Counted from the stretch's first letter, positions 38,402 to 48,536 are shown. The stretch is DNA of 64,000 nt from an uncultured Chloroflexia bacterium (GCA_963828165.1 CAWHDR010000001.1:2816001-2880000); one strand, 5' to 3'. Program-made: numbers and translations. The notes: a model not told the origin generated them from the sequence alone.

Positions 38402-39589
38402 TCAGTCCGGGTGGCGGGCGATGGCGTCCAGGTAGACGGCTCGCGCCGCCAGCAACTCCCGGACGCCGTCGACATCACGGTCGAACTGCTCTGATCGATA
38501 GGTCGGGTCCGAGATCGCCAACCCGCTGAAGTACAAGCCCACGATCCCTCCCAGGACCGCGCTGACGACGAGCAGCTCGGCCGAGATGGTTCGCGGTTCG
38601 TTGGCCAATGAAAACTCGATGACGATGCGCGGCAGGGTCCCGATCCAGCCGGCCTGGACTTCTCCCGGGATGGCCAGCACGGCAAACACCACCAGGAAGG
38701 CCATCACGATCAGCGCGACCGCGACGACCTGAAGGAGCTGCGGCACGACGACGAGCAAGGTCAGGTTGCTGCGGTGCAGCCACGAAAGCCGCGGCAGACC
38801 GACCAGCGCAGGGCTGGCGACGGCAGCGAGCGGTGCGACCGGTGTCGCCGCCGCGCTCTCGAGGATCGCTTCTCGATGGAGCTCGTCGCCGAGCCGCCTG
38901 AACTCCCGGTGGAAGGCCGTGACGACGAACAGCGACGCCATGAGGAGCAGGAAGATCAGGACCAGCGCGAGCTCAGGGGCGCTCATGGCATGGGCGACCT
39001 GCCAGATCTCGGCGCCGAACAGCAGGAACACGACGAGGATCACGAGCAGCGGCAACGTGCGCGCAACGAGCTCGACGAGGTGAACCAGCTGGAGCCAGAG
39101 TCGCTCGAACGCCCAGATCCCGATCTCGATGAGGCCGAAGCCGATGACGATGTAGATCGCCCCGATGCCCGTCAGGGCGCCGAGCGTGGCCGTGATGGCT
39201 TCGGAAACGTTCTGATCGATCAGCGCCGCCGGCAGGGCGGGCAGGAGTCCGATCGTCGCGATATCGAGCATGTCGAAGGTCGAGGGCCGCAGAGCTGCCG
39301 GCCGATGACGCAGGCGGCTGACGATCGCCCAGGCGACCCCCATCCAGGCGATCGTCGCCGCGATGCCGAGGACGTTCCAGGCCAAGGGCCATTCCGGGCG
39401 GGTGCCCCAGTCCCTGATCGTGCCGACCACGAGCCACAGCGAGATCAACGGAGCCGCCCGCGAGTCCATGGCGCGCTCGGAACTGTAGCCCTCGATCAGC
39501 TGCGGAACCCCGCGCCGTGCGAACCAGCGCTCGATGTCGCGCCGAAGCTCCGGCGTGAGCGTGGTCGGGGGCGAGTCCGGCGTCGTCAC
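38402..39589 (-). CDS. Multi-pass hypothetical membrane protein
   Basis: ERWF..RG.P, RTLPLL...FL.F..E.WQ, GLYF...D..YR; TAGTCT box 7 nt before GTG. Confidence 0.75.
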   Translation of the reverse strand: MTTPDSPPTTLTPELRRDIERWFARRGVPQLIEGYSSERAMDSRAAPLISLWLVVGTIRDWGTRPEWPLAWNVLGIAATIAWMGVAWAIVSRLRHRPAALRPSTFDMLDIATIGLLPALPAALIDQNVSEAITATLGALTGIGAIYIVIGFGLIEIGIWAFERLWLQLVHLVELVARTLPLLVILVVFLLFGAEIWQVAHAMSAPELALVLIFLLLMASLFVVTAFHREFRRLGDELHREAILESAAATPVAPLAAVASPALVGLPRLSWLHRSNLTLLVVVPQLLQVVAVALIVMAFLVVFAVLAIPGEVQAGWIGTLPRIVIEFSLANEPRTISAELLVVSAVLGGIVGLYFSGLAISDPTYRSEQFDRDVDGVRELLAARAVYLDAIARHPD

Positions 39590-39648
39590 GGCCCGCAGAC
39601 TACTCGACCAGGTTTACCGGGGCGCGGATTTGGCGTACAACTGGCGCC

Positions 39649-39831
39649 ATGACCGACGAGGACCTGCCCGCCAGCGAGGCCGCCCGAGCTCGACGTCGCG
39701 ATCGCGACATGGAGGCCGAGCGGCGGGCATTGCTGCGCCCCGGAATGGCCAAAGTCTTCCGCCAGGTCACCGAGGCCGCGGCGAAGCCGCCGAAGCCCAA
39801 GCAGCGGAAGGCGAAGCGCTCGAAGACGTAG
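39649..39831 (+). CDS. Small basic hypothetical protein (60 aa)
   Basis: Lies in the gap between divergent genes; Lys/Arg-rich C-terminus. Confidence 0.5.
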   Translation: MTDEDLPASEAARARRRDRDMEAERRALLRPGMAKVFRQVTEAAAKPPKPKQRKAKRSKT

Positions 39832-39874
39832 CACGTCGCGGCCGATCACCTGACCGATGTCGTACCGTCCGCGC

Positions 39875-40711
39875 ATGTCCTCGAGCATCGCGCTGATCGA
39901 GACCGGGAGGCTGCCCTCCGGACACCCGTACGCGCGGATCGGCTCGGGCTCGCGGGTCGTGCTGTCCATCCCCGGTCTGTCGTTTACCGCCGATGTGTCC
40001 AAGCCCGCCTCGATCCGCCGATCGTGGAAACGCTGGCTGGAGCCGATCGAGCGGCACGACCTGACCATCGTCGACGTCGGTCGCCGGGCCGACCTCCCAC
40101 CCGGCAGCTCGTCGGTGGACATCGCCGACGACTACGCCGCGGTCATCCGCGAGCGATGGGGGAGCGCGGTCGGGGTCATGGGCATCTCCACCGGTGGCGG
40201 CTACGCGCAGTGGCTGGCGAGCCGGCATCCCGAGCTCGTCGACCGCCTCGTGCTGGCGTACACCGGCCATCGCGTTCCGCCCGACGCGCAGGCGCTCGAG
40301 CGCCGAGCAGCCGACCACTTCCTGGCCGGTCGCTGGCGTTCCGGCTTCGCCCTGATGGCACCGTGGGTCGTGCCGGAGCATGCGCGGCTCGCCGGAGCGG
40401 TCGGCTGGCTGCTGGGTCCGTACATCGCCGGCCGGCCAACGGACCTGCGGGTCCTCCGGCTCGATGCCGATGCCGACGACCGGCACGACGCGACGGACGC
40501 CCTGGGTGGGATCCGCTGCCCGACGCTCGTGATCTCGGGCGGCCGGGACCTGTTCTATCCGCCCGACCTCACACGCGAGCTCGTCGCGGGCATACCGGAT
40601 GCGCGGCACATCGATTACCCCGATGCCGGTCACGGCCGGGGTGCCCGCTTCCCGGAGGATGCCTGCGCGTTCCTCGGCGCGAACGGCGGCGGTCCCACCG
40701 GAGGGTCGTGA
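39875..40711 (+). CDS. Alpha/beta hydrolase
   Basis: GISTGG nucleophile elbow, GGRD, DAGH; TACCGT box 6 nt upstream. Confidence 0.85.
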   Translation: MSSSIALIETGRLPSGHPYARIGSGSRVVLSIPGLSFTADVSKPASIRRSWKRWLEPIERHDLTIVDVGRRADLPPGSSSVDIADDYAAVIRERWGSAVGVMGISTGGGYAQWLASRHPELVDRLVLAYTGHRVPPDAQALERRAADHFLAGRWRSGFALMAPWVVPEHARLAGAVGWLLGPYIAGRPTDLRVLRLDADADDRHDATDALGGIRCPTLVISGGRDLFYPPDLTRELVAGIPDARHIDYPDAGHGRGARFPEDACAFLGANGGGPTGGS

Positions 40712-40805
40712 CGGTCCGGGGTGCTCGTAGCGTCAGGCCAGCGCGACCGTACGGGATGCATGTCAAGCCCCCGGCGACAGCACTGACGAGGCTCTCCGTC
40801 GCCGG

Positions 40806-41852
40806 ATGACCGAACATATCGTCATGTCCGTGATCGATTGGTTGCTCGACTCCGACCCTTCCATCCGCTGGCAGGTCAGGCGCGACCTGACGCACGAGCC
40901 CCCCGACGTCATCGCCGCCGAGCGGTCGCGCGTCGCGACGGAGGGCTGGGGCGCTCGGCTGCTCGCACTCCAGGCGCCGGACGGCATGTGGGGCGGCCGG
41001 CCCTGGTCACAGGACTGGACCGACACGTTCCACGTCCTGGAGCTCCTGCGCCGGTTCGGGCTCGATCCAGACAGCGAGCAGGCCCGGAGGGCGGTCGCCC
41101 TCGTCAGCGAACACGTCACGTGGCGGGTTCCTGAGTTCGAGACCCCGTGGTCCGACCACCGCTTCTTCGAGGGCGAGGTCGAGCCGTGCATCAACGGCAA
41201 CGTCGTCGCCAACGGCGCGTACTTCGGCGTGGACATGTCGACGCTCGTCGACCGGCTCCTGGGCGAGCAGCTGCCGGACGGCGGCTGGAACTGCGAGGTC
41301 GAGAACGGTGCGACGGTGTCGTCGTTCGGGACGACGATCAACGTGCTCGAGGGCCTGCTCGAGCACGAGCGGGCAGTCGGTGGATCGGCCGAGGTGGCCG
41401 CGGCACGCCGACGGGGCGAGGAATACCTGCTGGAGCGCCGGCTGTTCCGGCGCAAGTCGACGGGCGAGGTGATCGATCCCGGCTGGCTCGGGTTCTCGTT
41501 CCCCCACTGGTATTTCTACGACGTCCTCCGCGGTCTCGAGCACCTGCGCGCCGCCGGGGTGGAGCCCGACGAGCGCGTCGCCGAGGCCGTCACGGTCGTC
41601 GAGGGCAACCGGGACGCCGACGGCCGCTGGCCGCTCCAGAACGTCCACGAGGGCGATACGCACTTCGAGATGGAGGACGGGGAGGACCAGCCGAGCCGCT
41701 GGAACACGCTCCGTGCCCTGCGCGTGCTCGACTGGGCCGGCGCCGCCACCCATGCCGATCGGCGAGCACCCGCCGACGCGGCCGCGCTCCAGTCCGAGCC
41801 CGCTCGACCGCGACGCCTGGCTCGCGTCGTTGGCCAAGCGGGGCTAGGGTAG
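40806..41852 (+). CDS. Prenyltransferase/squalene-cyclase-like repeat protein of unknown function
   Basis: WLLDSDPSIRWQV, Q..DG.W repeats, EPCING, DGGWNC, SRWNTLRALRVL; start 40806 or 40824. Confidence 0.75.
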   Translation: MTEHIVMSVIDWLLDSDPSIRWQVRRDLTHEPPDVIAAERSRVATEGWGARLLALQAPDGMWGGRPWSQDWTDTFHVLELLRRFGLDPDSEQARRAVALVSEHVTWRVPEFETPWSDHRFFEGEVEPCINGNVVANGAYFGVDMSTLVDRLLGEQLPDGGWNCEVENGATVSSFGTTINVLEGLLEHERAVGGSAEVAAARRRGEEYLLERRLFRRKSTGEVIDPGWLGFSFPHWYFYDVLRGLEHLRAAGVEPDERVAEAVTVVEGNRDADGRWPLQNVHEGDTHFEMEDGEDQPSRWNTLRALRVLDWAGAATHADRRAPADAAALQSEPARPRRLARVVGQAGLG

Positions 41853-41891
41853 GCATCCGATCACAGGCCCGCGACGGGCCGGGAGGACCCC

Positions 41892-42449
41892 ATGACGACC
41901 GAACGCACACCCGTCAATGAACGGCCTTTGATCGACGACCAGCCCGACACGACCCCGTGGGCACTCGCGCGAGAACGCCTCGCGAACCCCGCGCCAGGCC
42001 AGACGAGCTGGCTCGCCACCGTGCGACCCGATGGCAGCCCGCACCTGATGCCGATCATCGCCTTCTGGATCGACGACGCGTTCCACTTCGTCGTCAGCGA
42101 GGGGACCCGGAAGGGGCGCAACCTCGCCGCGGATGGACGCTGCGTGGTGGCGACCGGGAGCACGACGCTCCCGTCGCTGGACCTCATCGTGGAGGGGCAC
42201 GCCAAGCCGATCGACGACGAGGCAGCGGTCAAGCGGATCGCGGACATGCTCAACGGCAACAACTGGCCACTGGAGGCGCGCGGCGACCAGGTCTTCGGTC
42301 CCAACGCCCCGACGGCCGGGCCGCCGCCGTATTCGATCTACCGGTTGATTCCCTCGAAGGTGTTCGGCCTCCCAGGGATGCTCGGGATGGAGAAGTACGA
42401 CCGAACCGACCTTCCGAAGCCGACGCGCTGGGAGTTCGACGGCGCCTGA
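41892..42449 (+). CDS. Pyridoxamine 5'-phosphate oxidase-like (PPOX, flavin/F420-binding) protein
   Basis: WLATVRPDGSPH..P, RKGRNL, terminal PTRW.F. Confidence 0.85.
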   Translation: MTTERTPVNERPLIDDQPDTTPWALARERLANPAPGQTSWLATVRPDGSPHLMPIIAFWIDDAFHFVVSEGTRKGRNLAADGRCVVATGSTTLPSLDLIVEGHAKPIDDEAAVKRIADMLNGNNWPLEARGDQVFGPNAPTAGPPPYSIYRLIPSKVFGLPGMLGMEKYDRTDLPKPTRWEFDGA

Positions 42450-42450
42450 A

Positions 42451-43203
42451 TCATGGTGGCGCAAGCCCGCAGTCGGGCGTCGTGCACAGCTCCAGACCGA
42501 GCGCGTCCAGGCCCTCGGCCAAGGGCGTGAAACCGAGCAGCCCACCGAAGCTCCGACTGGTCACGCCGGCCGGCAGTCCGCGAACCAGCACGGCACCGCC
42601 TGAGTCACCTACGCCGACCTCGATGTCCGCTGCCGCGACGATGCAGGGGAAATAGTCGCCGTCGGCGCTGGGGTCATGGAGATACTCGCCGGACTCCGCC
42701 ACCGTGCCGACGCGGTAGATGTCGCGCCCGTTGATCTCGACGGGGTCGCCGATCTCGATGTCCGCGCATGAAAGCGGCGGCGTCGTCGCGTCGATGACGC
42801 GCACCCCACCCTCGCCCATGTCGACAACGTTGAGGCGGCCCCACGGGATGCGATCGGGTGCCACGACGAGATAGTTCATGTCCGATGGCCGGCACGTATG
42901 CCCCTCGTGCGGGCACGGCGCGAGCACGGCGGCCGGCCCGAACACGCCCCGCACCGTGCGACCGTCGGGGTCCAGGGCCGTCATGCCCTCCGAGGCGCAA
43001 TGAGCCGACGAGGTGAGGACGATCGTGTCGTCCTTGCTGGCGTAGAAGCCGGCGGCACAGGAGCCCCAGAGCTGGCGCCCGGCCAGGACCGGCGGTTCGC
43101 CCGCCGGCACCGTGAGCGACGAGAATGGGTTCCTGACGAACAGGACCCCGACGACGATGATGACTGCAGCGGCCCCTGCGAGCAGGAACGGGCGGGCGCT
43201 CAG
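42451..43203 (-). CDS. Membrane-anchored trypsin-like (PA clan) serine protease; start codon not identified
   Basis: TM segment, SSAHC (His), D, GDSGG (Ser); no in-frame ATG/GTG/TTG just upstream of the TM. Confidence 0.65.
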   Translation of the reverse strand: MSARPFLLAGAAAVIIVVGVLFVRNPFSSLTVPAGEPPVLAGRQLWGSCAAGFYASKDDTIVLTSSAHCASEGMTALDPDGRTVRGVFGPAAVLAPCPHEGHTCRPSDMNYLVVAPDRIPWGRLNVVDMGEGGVRVIDATTPPLSCADIEIGDPVEINGRDIYRVGTVAESGEYLHDPSADGDYFPCIVAAADIEVGVGDSGGAVLVRGLPAGVTSRSFGGLLGFTPLAEGLDALGLELCTTPDCGLAPP

Positions 43204-43226
43204 ACGGGCTGGTCGGCTTCGAAGGG

Positions 43227-44057
43227 TCAGGGCACGAACAGCGACGCCGGCAGCGACGGACCGTTGAATCGATCGAGATCGACGGCTCCGTTGATCCCCG
43301 GCACAGCGCCCATGCTCGAGTGCTGCCAGAACGACCAGCCATGGCCGGCCCAGCCGCCGGCCGGGACGGCCGGCTGACTCGCGGTCGTCCAGTGCGCGAT
43401 CCACAGGACCGAATAGCCGTTCCGCGCGAACCAGTCGGTGTTCGCCATGGACGTGGACCAGAACGTCGGGTTCGTGTAGATGATCGGTCGCACACCAGTC
43501 GCGGCCGTGACCTGCGACAGCCACGTCTGTGCCCACGTCGCCAGCGATACCGGGTCGAGGCCGTTGGCAGTCTCGAAGTCGAGCACCGGCAGGAGGTCGC
43601 CTGACGCGATCGCGGCATTTCGAAGGAACCAAGCCGCCTCGTTGCCCGCGTCGTTGAACGCCATATCCGGGTTGGCAAAGTGGTACGACCCGACAGACAT
43701 GCCCGCTGCCCGCGCCCCCGAACTGTTCGCCCAATAGGCCGTATCCGCCGTCAGCGTGCCTGCGGTCGCACGAACGAACGCGAAGCGCTTGCCGGCGGTC
43801 GCGACCTGCGGCCAGTTGATCGGCCCTTGGTGGTAGCTCACGTCGATGCCGTCGACGTAAGCGGGCGTCGGCGTCGGGACCGGTGTCGGTGTCGGAGTCG
43901 GAGTGGGTTGAACGGTCGGCGTCGGTGTTGGAGTGGGTTGAACGGTCGGTGTCGGCCTTCGCGTGGGCTTCGGCCCCTTGGCCTCTGCCACGGAGGGCGA
44001 TGCCAGGAAGACGACGGCGACGGACATGGCGAGAAGCCCCGCGAGGAGTCGGTGCAT
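43227..44057 (-). CDS. Secreted GH25 muramidase (lysozyme) with Pro-Thr linker
   Basis: Signal peptide, GIDVSYHQ, ATAG, GSYHF, PVLDFE (DxE), LWIAH, WQ.S, VDLD. Confidence 0.9.
   Translation of the reverse strand: MHRLLAGLLAMSVAVVFLASPSVAEAKGPKPTRRPTPTVQPTPTPTPTVQPTPTPTPTPVPTPTPAYVDGIDVSYHQGPINWPQVATAGKRFAFVRATAGTLTADTAYWANSSGARAAGMSVGSYHFANPDMAFNDAGNEAAWFLRNAAIASGDLLPVLDFETANGLDPVSLATWAQTWLSQVTAATGVRPIIYTNPTFWSTSMANTDWFARNGYSVLWIAHWTTASQPAVPAGGWAGHGWSFWQHSSMGAVPGINGAVDLDRFNGPSLPASLFVP
43865..43955 (-). repeat. Coding Pro-Thr tandem repeat with a 30-bp period duplication
   Basis: ggagtgggttgaacggtcgg at 43900 and 43930; encodes (PTPTVQPTPT)2. Confidence 0.85.
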
Positions 44058-44156
44058 CGGGACATGCTCGCGGGGATGGGCAACCGCGTCAAACCCCCAT
44101 GGCAGGATTTCCTGGCCCGACCATCGCCGCGGCCGACCCGGTGCGATGATGCACAC

Positions 44157-45038
44157 ATGCCTCGGCTGCAGCGCAAAGCCATCGCGACGCCGGGGCCCTC
44201 GAGCTCGTGGTCGCCGCGGCTGAAGCGGGAGCCGGGCGGCGGGGCGACTCCCGCCGCGGAGCTCTGGCAGACCTACAGCCACCACGCGGCCCGGATCTTC
44301 GGGTCCGGCCCCTCCCCGACGACGGTATTCGGCGAGCGCTCGTTCTTCGTCGCTTCAGGCGCTCCGCATGTCGATCTCAACCAGGCGGCCCTCTACGGCG
44401 ACGCCGGGGCTGCCGACGCCATCGAGATCGGTCGCCTGGCGGTCAAGTCCGACGATCCCGTGCTCCTGGCACGCTCCGCTGAGGTGACCGCCGAGCTCGA
44501 GGAACCACTCGAACAGGCCGGCTTCACCCGGCTTCCGACCGCCGAACATCTCTTCTGCATGCCGGGCACGCCACCGCGGTCCGGTCTCGCGCCCTTCGAC
44601 GTCAGGCGGATGACGTCGCCCGCGGACGTGGCAGCGATGCAGGCGATGTTCGCCGACGTCCACGACTACGGGCCCGGATTGACCGGTGCGCTGTTCGGCA
44701 CGCTCGACCCCGCAGACGACGGCCTGTCGTGCTGGATCGCCTGGGACGGCAACGAGGCCGTCAGTCTCGCCTTCGTCACGCACGAGCCGTCGACCCTGGG
44801 GCTGTGGGAGGTCATGACTCCCCAGCGTCACCGTCGTCGGGGTGCTGCGCGAACGGTCGTCGTCACCGCCCTGGACGAGGTGGCGCAACTCGTCGGAGGC
44901 GTCGAGCGATCGCTGTTTTGGTCCTCGCCCGCCGGTCGACCGCTCTACGACTCCCTCGGGTTCGAGATCGCGGACACCGTGGAGGTCTGGGTCCGCGGAG
45001 CCAGCGAGGCTGACCTCGCCGCCGTCGGAGCCGGCTGA
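44157..45038 (+). CDS. GNAT-fold protein
   Basis: EV.TP..HRRRG.A acetyl-CoA motif and SPAGRPLY.SLGF; start uncertain. Confidence 0.7.
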   Translation: MPRLQRKAIATPGPSSSWSPRLKREPGGGATPAAELWQTYSHHAARIFGSGPSPTTVFGERSFFVASGAPHVDLNQAALYGDAGAADAIEIGRLAVKSDDPVLLARSAEVTAELEEPLEQAGFTRLPTAEHLFCMPGTPPRSGLAPFDVRRMTSPADVAAMQAMFADVHDYGPGLTGALFGTLDPADDGLSCWIAWDGNEAVSLAFVTHEPSTLGLWEVMTPQRHRRRGAARTVVVTALDEVAQLVGGVERSLFWSSPAGRPLYDSLGFEIADTVEVWVRGASEADLAAVGAG

Positions 45039-45110
45039 GCAGTGCCGATGAGTTTCTGCATGGCCGATGGTCTAACCATCATGGAACCCGACCCGAAGGA
45101 GCGATGACTC

Positions 45111-45722
45111 ATGAAGCTGACCGCATCGATGATGCTGACCGTGGACGGCGTGTACCAGGGTCCCGGCGGCCCCGACGAGGACCGGCGCGACGGATTCGAG
45201 CGCGGCGGATGGATCGCCGCACACGCCGACGAGGAGACCGGGAGTTTCCTGAAGGCGTGGTTCGAGCGCGCGGATGCGTTGCTGCTCGGGCGCCGGACCT
45301 GGGAGATCTTCGAACGGTATTGGCCGCACCACGACGGGGGCGAGGGCGATCCGGTCTCGCACGGCATCAACGTCTTGCCCAAGTACGTGCCGTCGACCAC
45401 GCTCAAGGATCCGGGCTGGAACACGCACGTGATCGATGGCGACGTCGAGGCGGCGATCCGCGAGCTCAAAGCGAAGCCCGGGCGCGACCTCCAGGTCCAC
45501 GGCAGCGGCGAGCTGCTCCGTTGGCTGCTCGAGCGCGACCTCGTCGACGAGCTCAACCTGCGGATCAGCCCCGTGGTGGTGGGCGACGGCCGGCGGCTCT
45601 TCCCGGAGCGCGGCCCGACGCACGACCTGGAACTGGTCGAATCGCGGTCGACGCCGTCCGGTGTGATGCTCCAGACCTACCGACCGGCCGGCCGGGCGAC
45701 CTTCGGCAACGCCGACGAGTGA
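45111..45722 (+). CDS. Dihydrofolate reductase / RibD C-terminal family protein
   Basis: TVDGV.QGPGG..ED, LLLGRRTW, VHGSG, PVVVG.G.RLF. Confidence 0.9.
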   Translation: MKLTASMMLTVDGVYQGPGGPDEDRRDGFERGGWIAAHADEETGSFLKAWFERADALLLGRRTWEIFERYWPHHDGGEGDPVSHGINVLPKYVPSTTLKDPGWNTHVIDGDVEAAIRELKAKPGRDLQVHGSGELLRWLLERDLVDELNLRISPVVVGDGRRLFPERGPTHDLELVESRSTPSGVMLQTYRPAGRATFGNADE

Positions 45723-45822
45723 CCTCCTAGGGCTGCGTTGGTGCCGAACGGGCTCGGCACGTGCGCCACCAACGGTTCAGAATTCATGCCCCGGAACAAG
45801 TCGGAACCAGGAGGTACCACCG

Positions 45823-47529
45823 ATGCGATCCCAAGGCAGGCGCGCGCTCGCCGCGCTCACCGCGACTCTCATGCTAGCCATCCCGACAGCGTCTGTTGGC
45901 GCGGGAGACACGGCCGACTATGTCGTCGTCGCCGAGCAGGGCGCGTCCAGCTCGGCCGTCAAAGCGGCGGTCAAAGCGGCCGGCGGCAAAGTGACCGGCC
46001 AGAACGCTGCGATCGACACATACTCGGTGACTGCACCGGCCGCCGGCTTCATCTTGGAAGTCAGCGCGTCCGGCGCGGTCGACTCGGCGGCTCATGCGAA
46101 GCCGATCGGTTCCGTTCCCGGCGCCGAACCCGTGAAGGAGCTCGTCCCGGACGCCGAAGCCATCGCGGCCACCAACGCCAGCGGCAAAGCGCAGGGCAAG
46201 AAGCCAGGCGGCGGAACCACGGCCGGCCTGGACCCGCTCGACGGCGATCAGTGGGGCCTCGAGATGGTCCGCTCCGACCTCGCCCGTGCGGTCAACGCGG
46301 GCGACCCCCGCGTCCTGGTCGGGATCCTCGATTCAGGGATCGACTTCAGCCATCCCGACCTCGCCAGCCAGATGGTGCTGAGCCTCTCGCGCAACTTCGC
46401 CCCGGACAAGCCGGACATCGACGGGCCGTGCGAGGTTGCGAGCTGCCTCGATCCGGTGGGCACCGACGACAACGGTCACGGCACCCACGTCGCCGGGATC
46501 GTGGCCGCGGCGGTGAACGGCCTCGGCATCTCGGGCGTCGCGCCCGGAGTCCGGCTGGTCCAGCTGAAGGGCGGCCAGGACAGCGGCTTCGTCTTCCTCG
46601 AGCCGGTGACCAGCGCGCTGACCTACGCGGCCGACAACGGCATCGACGTCGTCAACATGTCCTTCTACGTCGACCCGTGGCTCTACAACTGCCAGAACAA
46701 CCCGGCCGACTCCCCGGAGGCGCAGGCGGAGCAGCGCGCCATCGTGACCGCGCTGTCGCGTGCGCTGGACTACGCCCACGGCAAGAACGTGACGCTCATC
46801 AACTCGCTGGGCAACAACCACGAGGACCTCGGCCACCCGAGGACCGACCTCAGCAGCCCGGACTACCCGGCGGGCGCGAACTACCCACGGACGATCGATA
46901 ACAACACGTGCCTTAACCTCCCGGTCGAGGGGCCGCACGTCATCGGCGTGTCGGCGCTCGGGCCGTCGACGGCCAAAGCCGACTACTCGAACTACGGGAT
47001 CGAGCAGATCTCGGTCTCGGCGCCGGGCGGCTGGTTCCGGGACCTCCTCGGGACGCCAGCACACCGGACGAACCCGAACCTGATCCTCTCGACCTGGTCT
47101 CGCGCTGCAGCTCTTGCCGCCAACTGGATCGACCCAGTGACGGGCGAGCTCACCCCGGCCGGGCAGGCCGCCGCCATGGTCAGGAGCTGCGTCGACGGTG
47201 TCTGCGGCTACTACCGCTACATCCAGGGCACCTCGATGGCGGCGCCTCACGCCACCGGCGTGGCCGCGCTGATCGTCAGCCGCTTCGGGATCAAGGACAA
47301 CAAGCTGGGCGGCCTCCGGCTGTTCCCGCACAAGACCGAGTTCGTCCTGCTCGAGACGGCAGCCGAGCACGCCTGTCCGACCCCACCGCTTCGGGACTAC
47401 GGGCCCGAAGGCCGGCCGGATGAGTTCGATGCGCTCTGCGAGGGCGACCTGGAATTCAATGGCTTCTACGGTTACGGCATCGTCGATGCCTACGCCGCGG
47501 TGACGGAAAAGCTCGAGCTACCCGACTGA
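45823..47529 (+). CDS. Secreted S8 subtilisin-family serine protease
   Basis: Signal peptide; ILDSG (Asp), GHGTHVAG (His), GTSMAAPH (Ser); AGGAGG RBS. Confidence 0.95.
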   Translation: MRSQGRRALAALTATLMLAIPTASVGAGDTADYVVVAEQGASSSAVKAAVKAAGGKVTGQNAAIDTYSVTAPAAGFILEVSASGAVDSAAHAKPIGSVPGAEPVKELVPDAEAIAATNASGKAQGKKPGGGTTAGLDPLDGDQWGLEMVRSDLARAVNAGDPRVLVGILDSGIDFSHPDLASQMVLSLSRNFAPDKPDIDGPCEVASCLDPVGTDDNGHGTHVAGIVAAAVNGLGISGVAPGVRLVQLKGGQDSGFVFLEPVTSALTYAADNGIDVVNMSFYVDPWLYNCQNNPADSPEAQAEQRAIVTALSRALDYAHGKNVTLINSLGNNHEDLGHPRTDLSSPDYPAGANYPRTIDNNTCLNLPVEGPHVIGVSALGPSTAKADYSNYGIEQISVSAPGGWFRDLLGTPAHRTNPNLILSTWSRAAALAANWIDPVTGELTPAGQAAAMVRSCVDGVCGYYRYIQGTSMAAPHATGVAALIVSRFGIKDNKLGGLRLFPHKTEFVLLETAAEHACPTPPLRDYGPEGRPDEFDALCEGDLEFNGFYGYGIVDAYAAVTEKLELPD

Positions 47530-47547
47530 CCCTCAAGCCACTCGACA

Positions 47548-47575
47548 GCCGGCGGTCCCCTCGGGGCCCGCCGGC
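47548..47575 (+). terminator. Terminator-like hairpin
   Basis: gccggcgg...ccgccggc followed by gtttc. Confidence 0.6.
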
Positions 47576-47599
47576 GTTTCCGATTCCGGACCGCCTCGT

Positions 47600-48016
47600 T
47601 CAGCGGAGCGGCTTGAGTCGGGCGATCGGGATGACTCGGTCGGTCTTTGACGGGTACTCGGCGAACTGTGCATGTTCCGCCACGTGCCGGTTCCACAGGG
47701 CGTCGCGGTCGGCCCCTTCCGCGACCGTCGCGTTGGCTTGGAACTTCTGGCCCTCGGCCTCGATCGTCACGACCGGGTTTTCGACGAGGTTCCCGAACCA
47801 CGCCGGATCCTCGGGCGCCCCGCTCTTCGATCCGACCACGACGTAGTCGTCACCATCGCGCGAGAAGGTCACGACGGCCTCTCTCGGTTCGCCGGTCTTC
47901 GCCCCGGTCGTCGTGAGGACCATCACGGCCTGCCCCTCCAAGTAGCCACTCGTGGGGCGGCCGTTGGCGCGGATGTCGGCGATCAGGGTCTTCGTCCAGT
48001 CGGCGTAGTCGGTCAA
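47600..48016 (-). CDS. Deazaflavin (F420)-dependent nitroreductase family (Ddn-like)
   Basis: LTTTGAKTG.PR, SKSGAP.DPAW..NL..NP, Y..KT.R.IP; GGAGG RBS + TTG. Confidence 0.9.
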   Translation of the reverse strand: MTDYADWTKTLIADIRANGRPTSGYLEGQAVMVLTTTGAKTGEPREAVVTFSRDGDDYVVVGSKSGAPEDPAWFGNLVENPVVTIEAEGQKFQANATVAEGADRDALWNRHVAEHAQFAEYPSKTDRVIPIARLKPLR

Positions 48017-48068
48017 GGGGGACCTCCGGCTCAGGCGGCGCTCGGTTGTCTACGCAACCATCCCACAC

Positions 48069-48536
48069 TCATCGCTGCGGGCGCTCGTAGCGGTCATTGG
48101 CTGCCAGTTCATGCGCCTCGCGTTCAGCGGTCCTGCCGAACTTCTCGAGCTCGCCCCGGAAGCTGCCCTCGTAGGAGCCGCGCGAGAAGACCCACGACGA
48201 GATCGCAGAGATCCGTCCGATCGTCTCGAACTCCTGGGTGACGCGCGTCCCGGCGCCGTCCGGCGCGAACGTCGCGCTCGACTTGCCACGCAGGACCCAA
48301 CTGCCGAACCGAGTGGCGAAGCGGCGGGGCCACTCGACTTCGAGGACCTCGGTCGGGCTCTTGACCGGTCCGAAACGGACAACGTAGGTCGTGCCGACGC
48401 GATCCACTGGGCCGGAGATGTCCGTCACTCCGGTGACGCCACCGACCCATTCGCCCATGCGCCCGAGATTCGTCCACAAGGCGAACACCAACTCCGGCGG
48501 CGCGTCGACATGGATGCTGAACACGTAGTGAGCCAC
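48069..48536 (-). CDS. SRPBCC/START-like protein
   Basis: SIHVDAPPE.VF..W, GTRVT; TATGCT box 6 nt before GTG. Confidence 0.8.
   Translation of the reverse strand: MAHYVFSIHVDAPPELVFALWTNLGRMGEWVGGVTGVTDISGPVDRVGTTYVVRFGPVKSPTEVLEVEWPRRFATRFGSWVLRGKSSATFAPDGAGTRVTQEFETIGRISAISSWVFSRGSYEGSFRGELEKFGRTAEREAHELAANDRYERPQR

Noticed and set aside
40806-41852. Terpene cyclase / biosynthetic gene cluster
   Set aside because: No DxDD motif, too short for squalene-hopene cyclase, and no isoprenoid genes nearby
43865-43955. Tandem repeats as a CRISPR array or non-coding repeat
   Set aside because: In-frame Pro-Thr linker of GH25; no unique spacers and no cas genes
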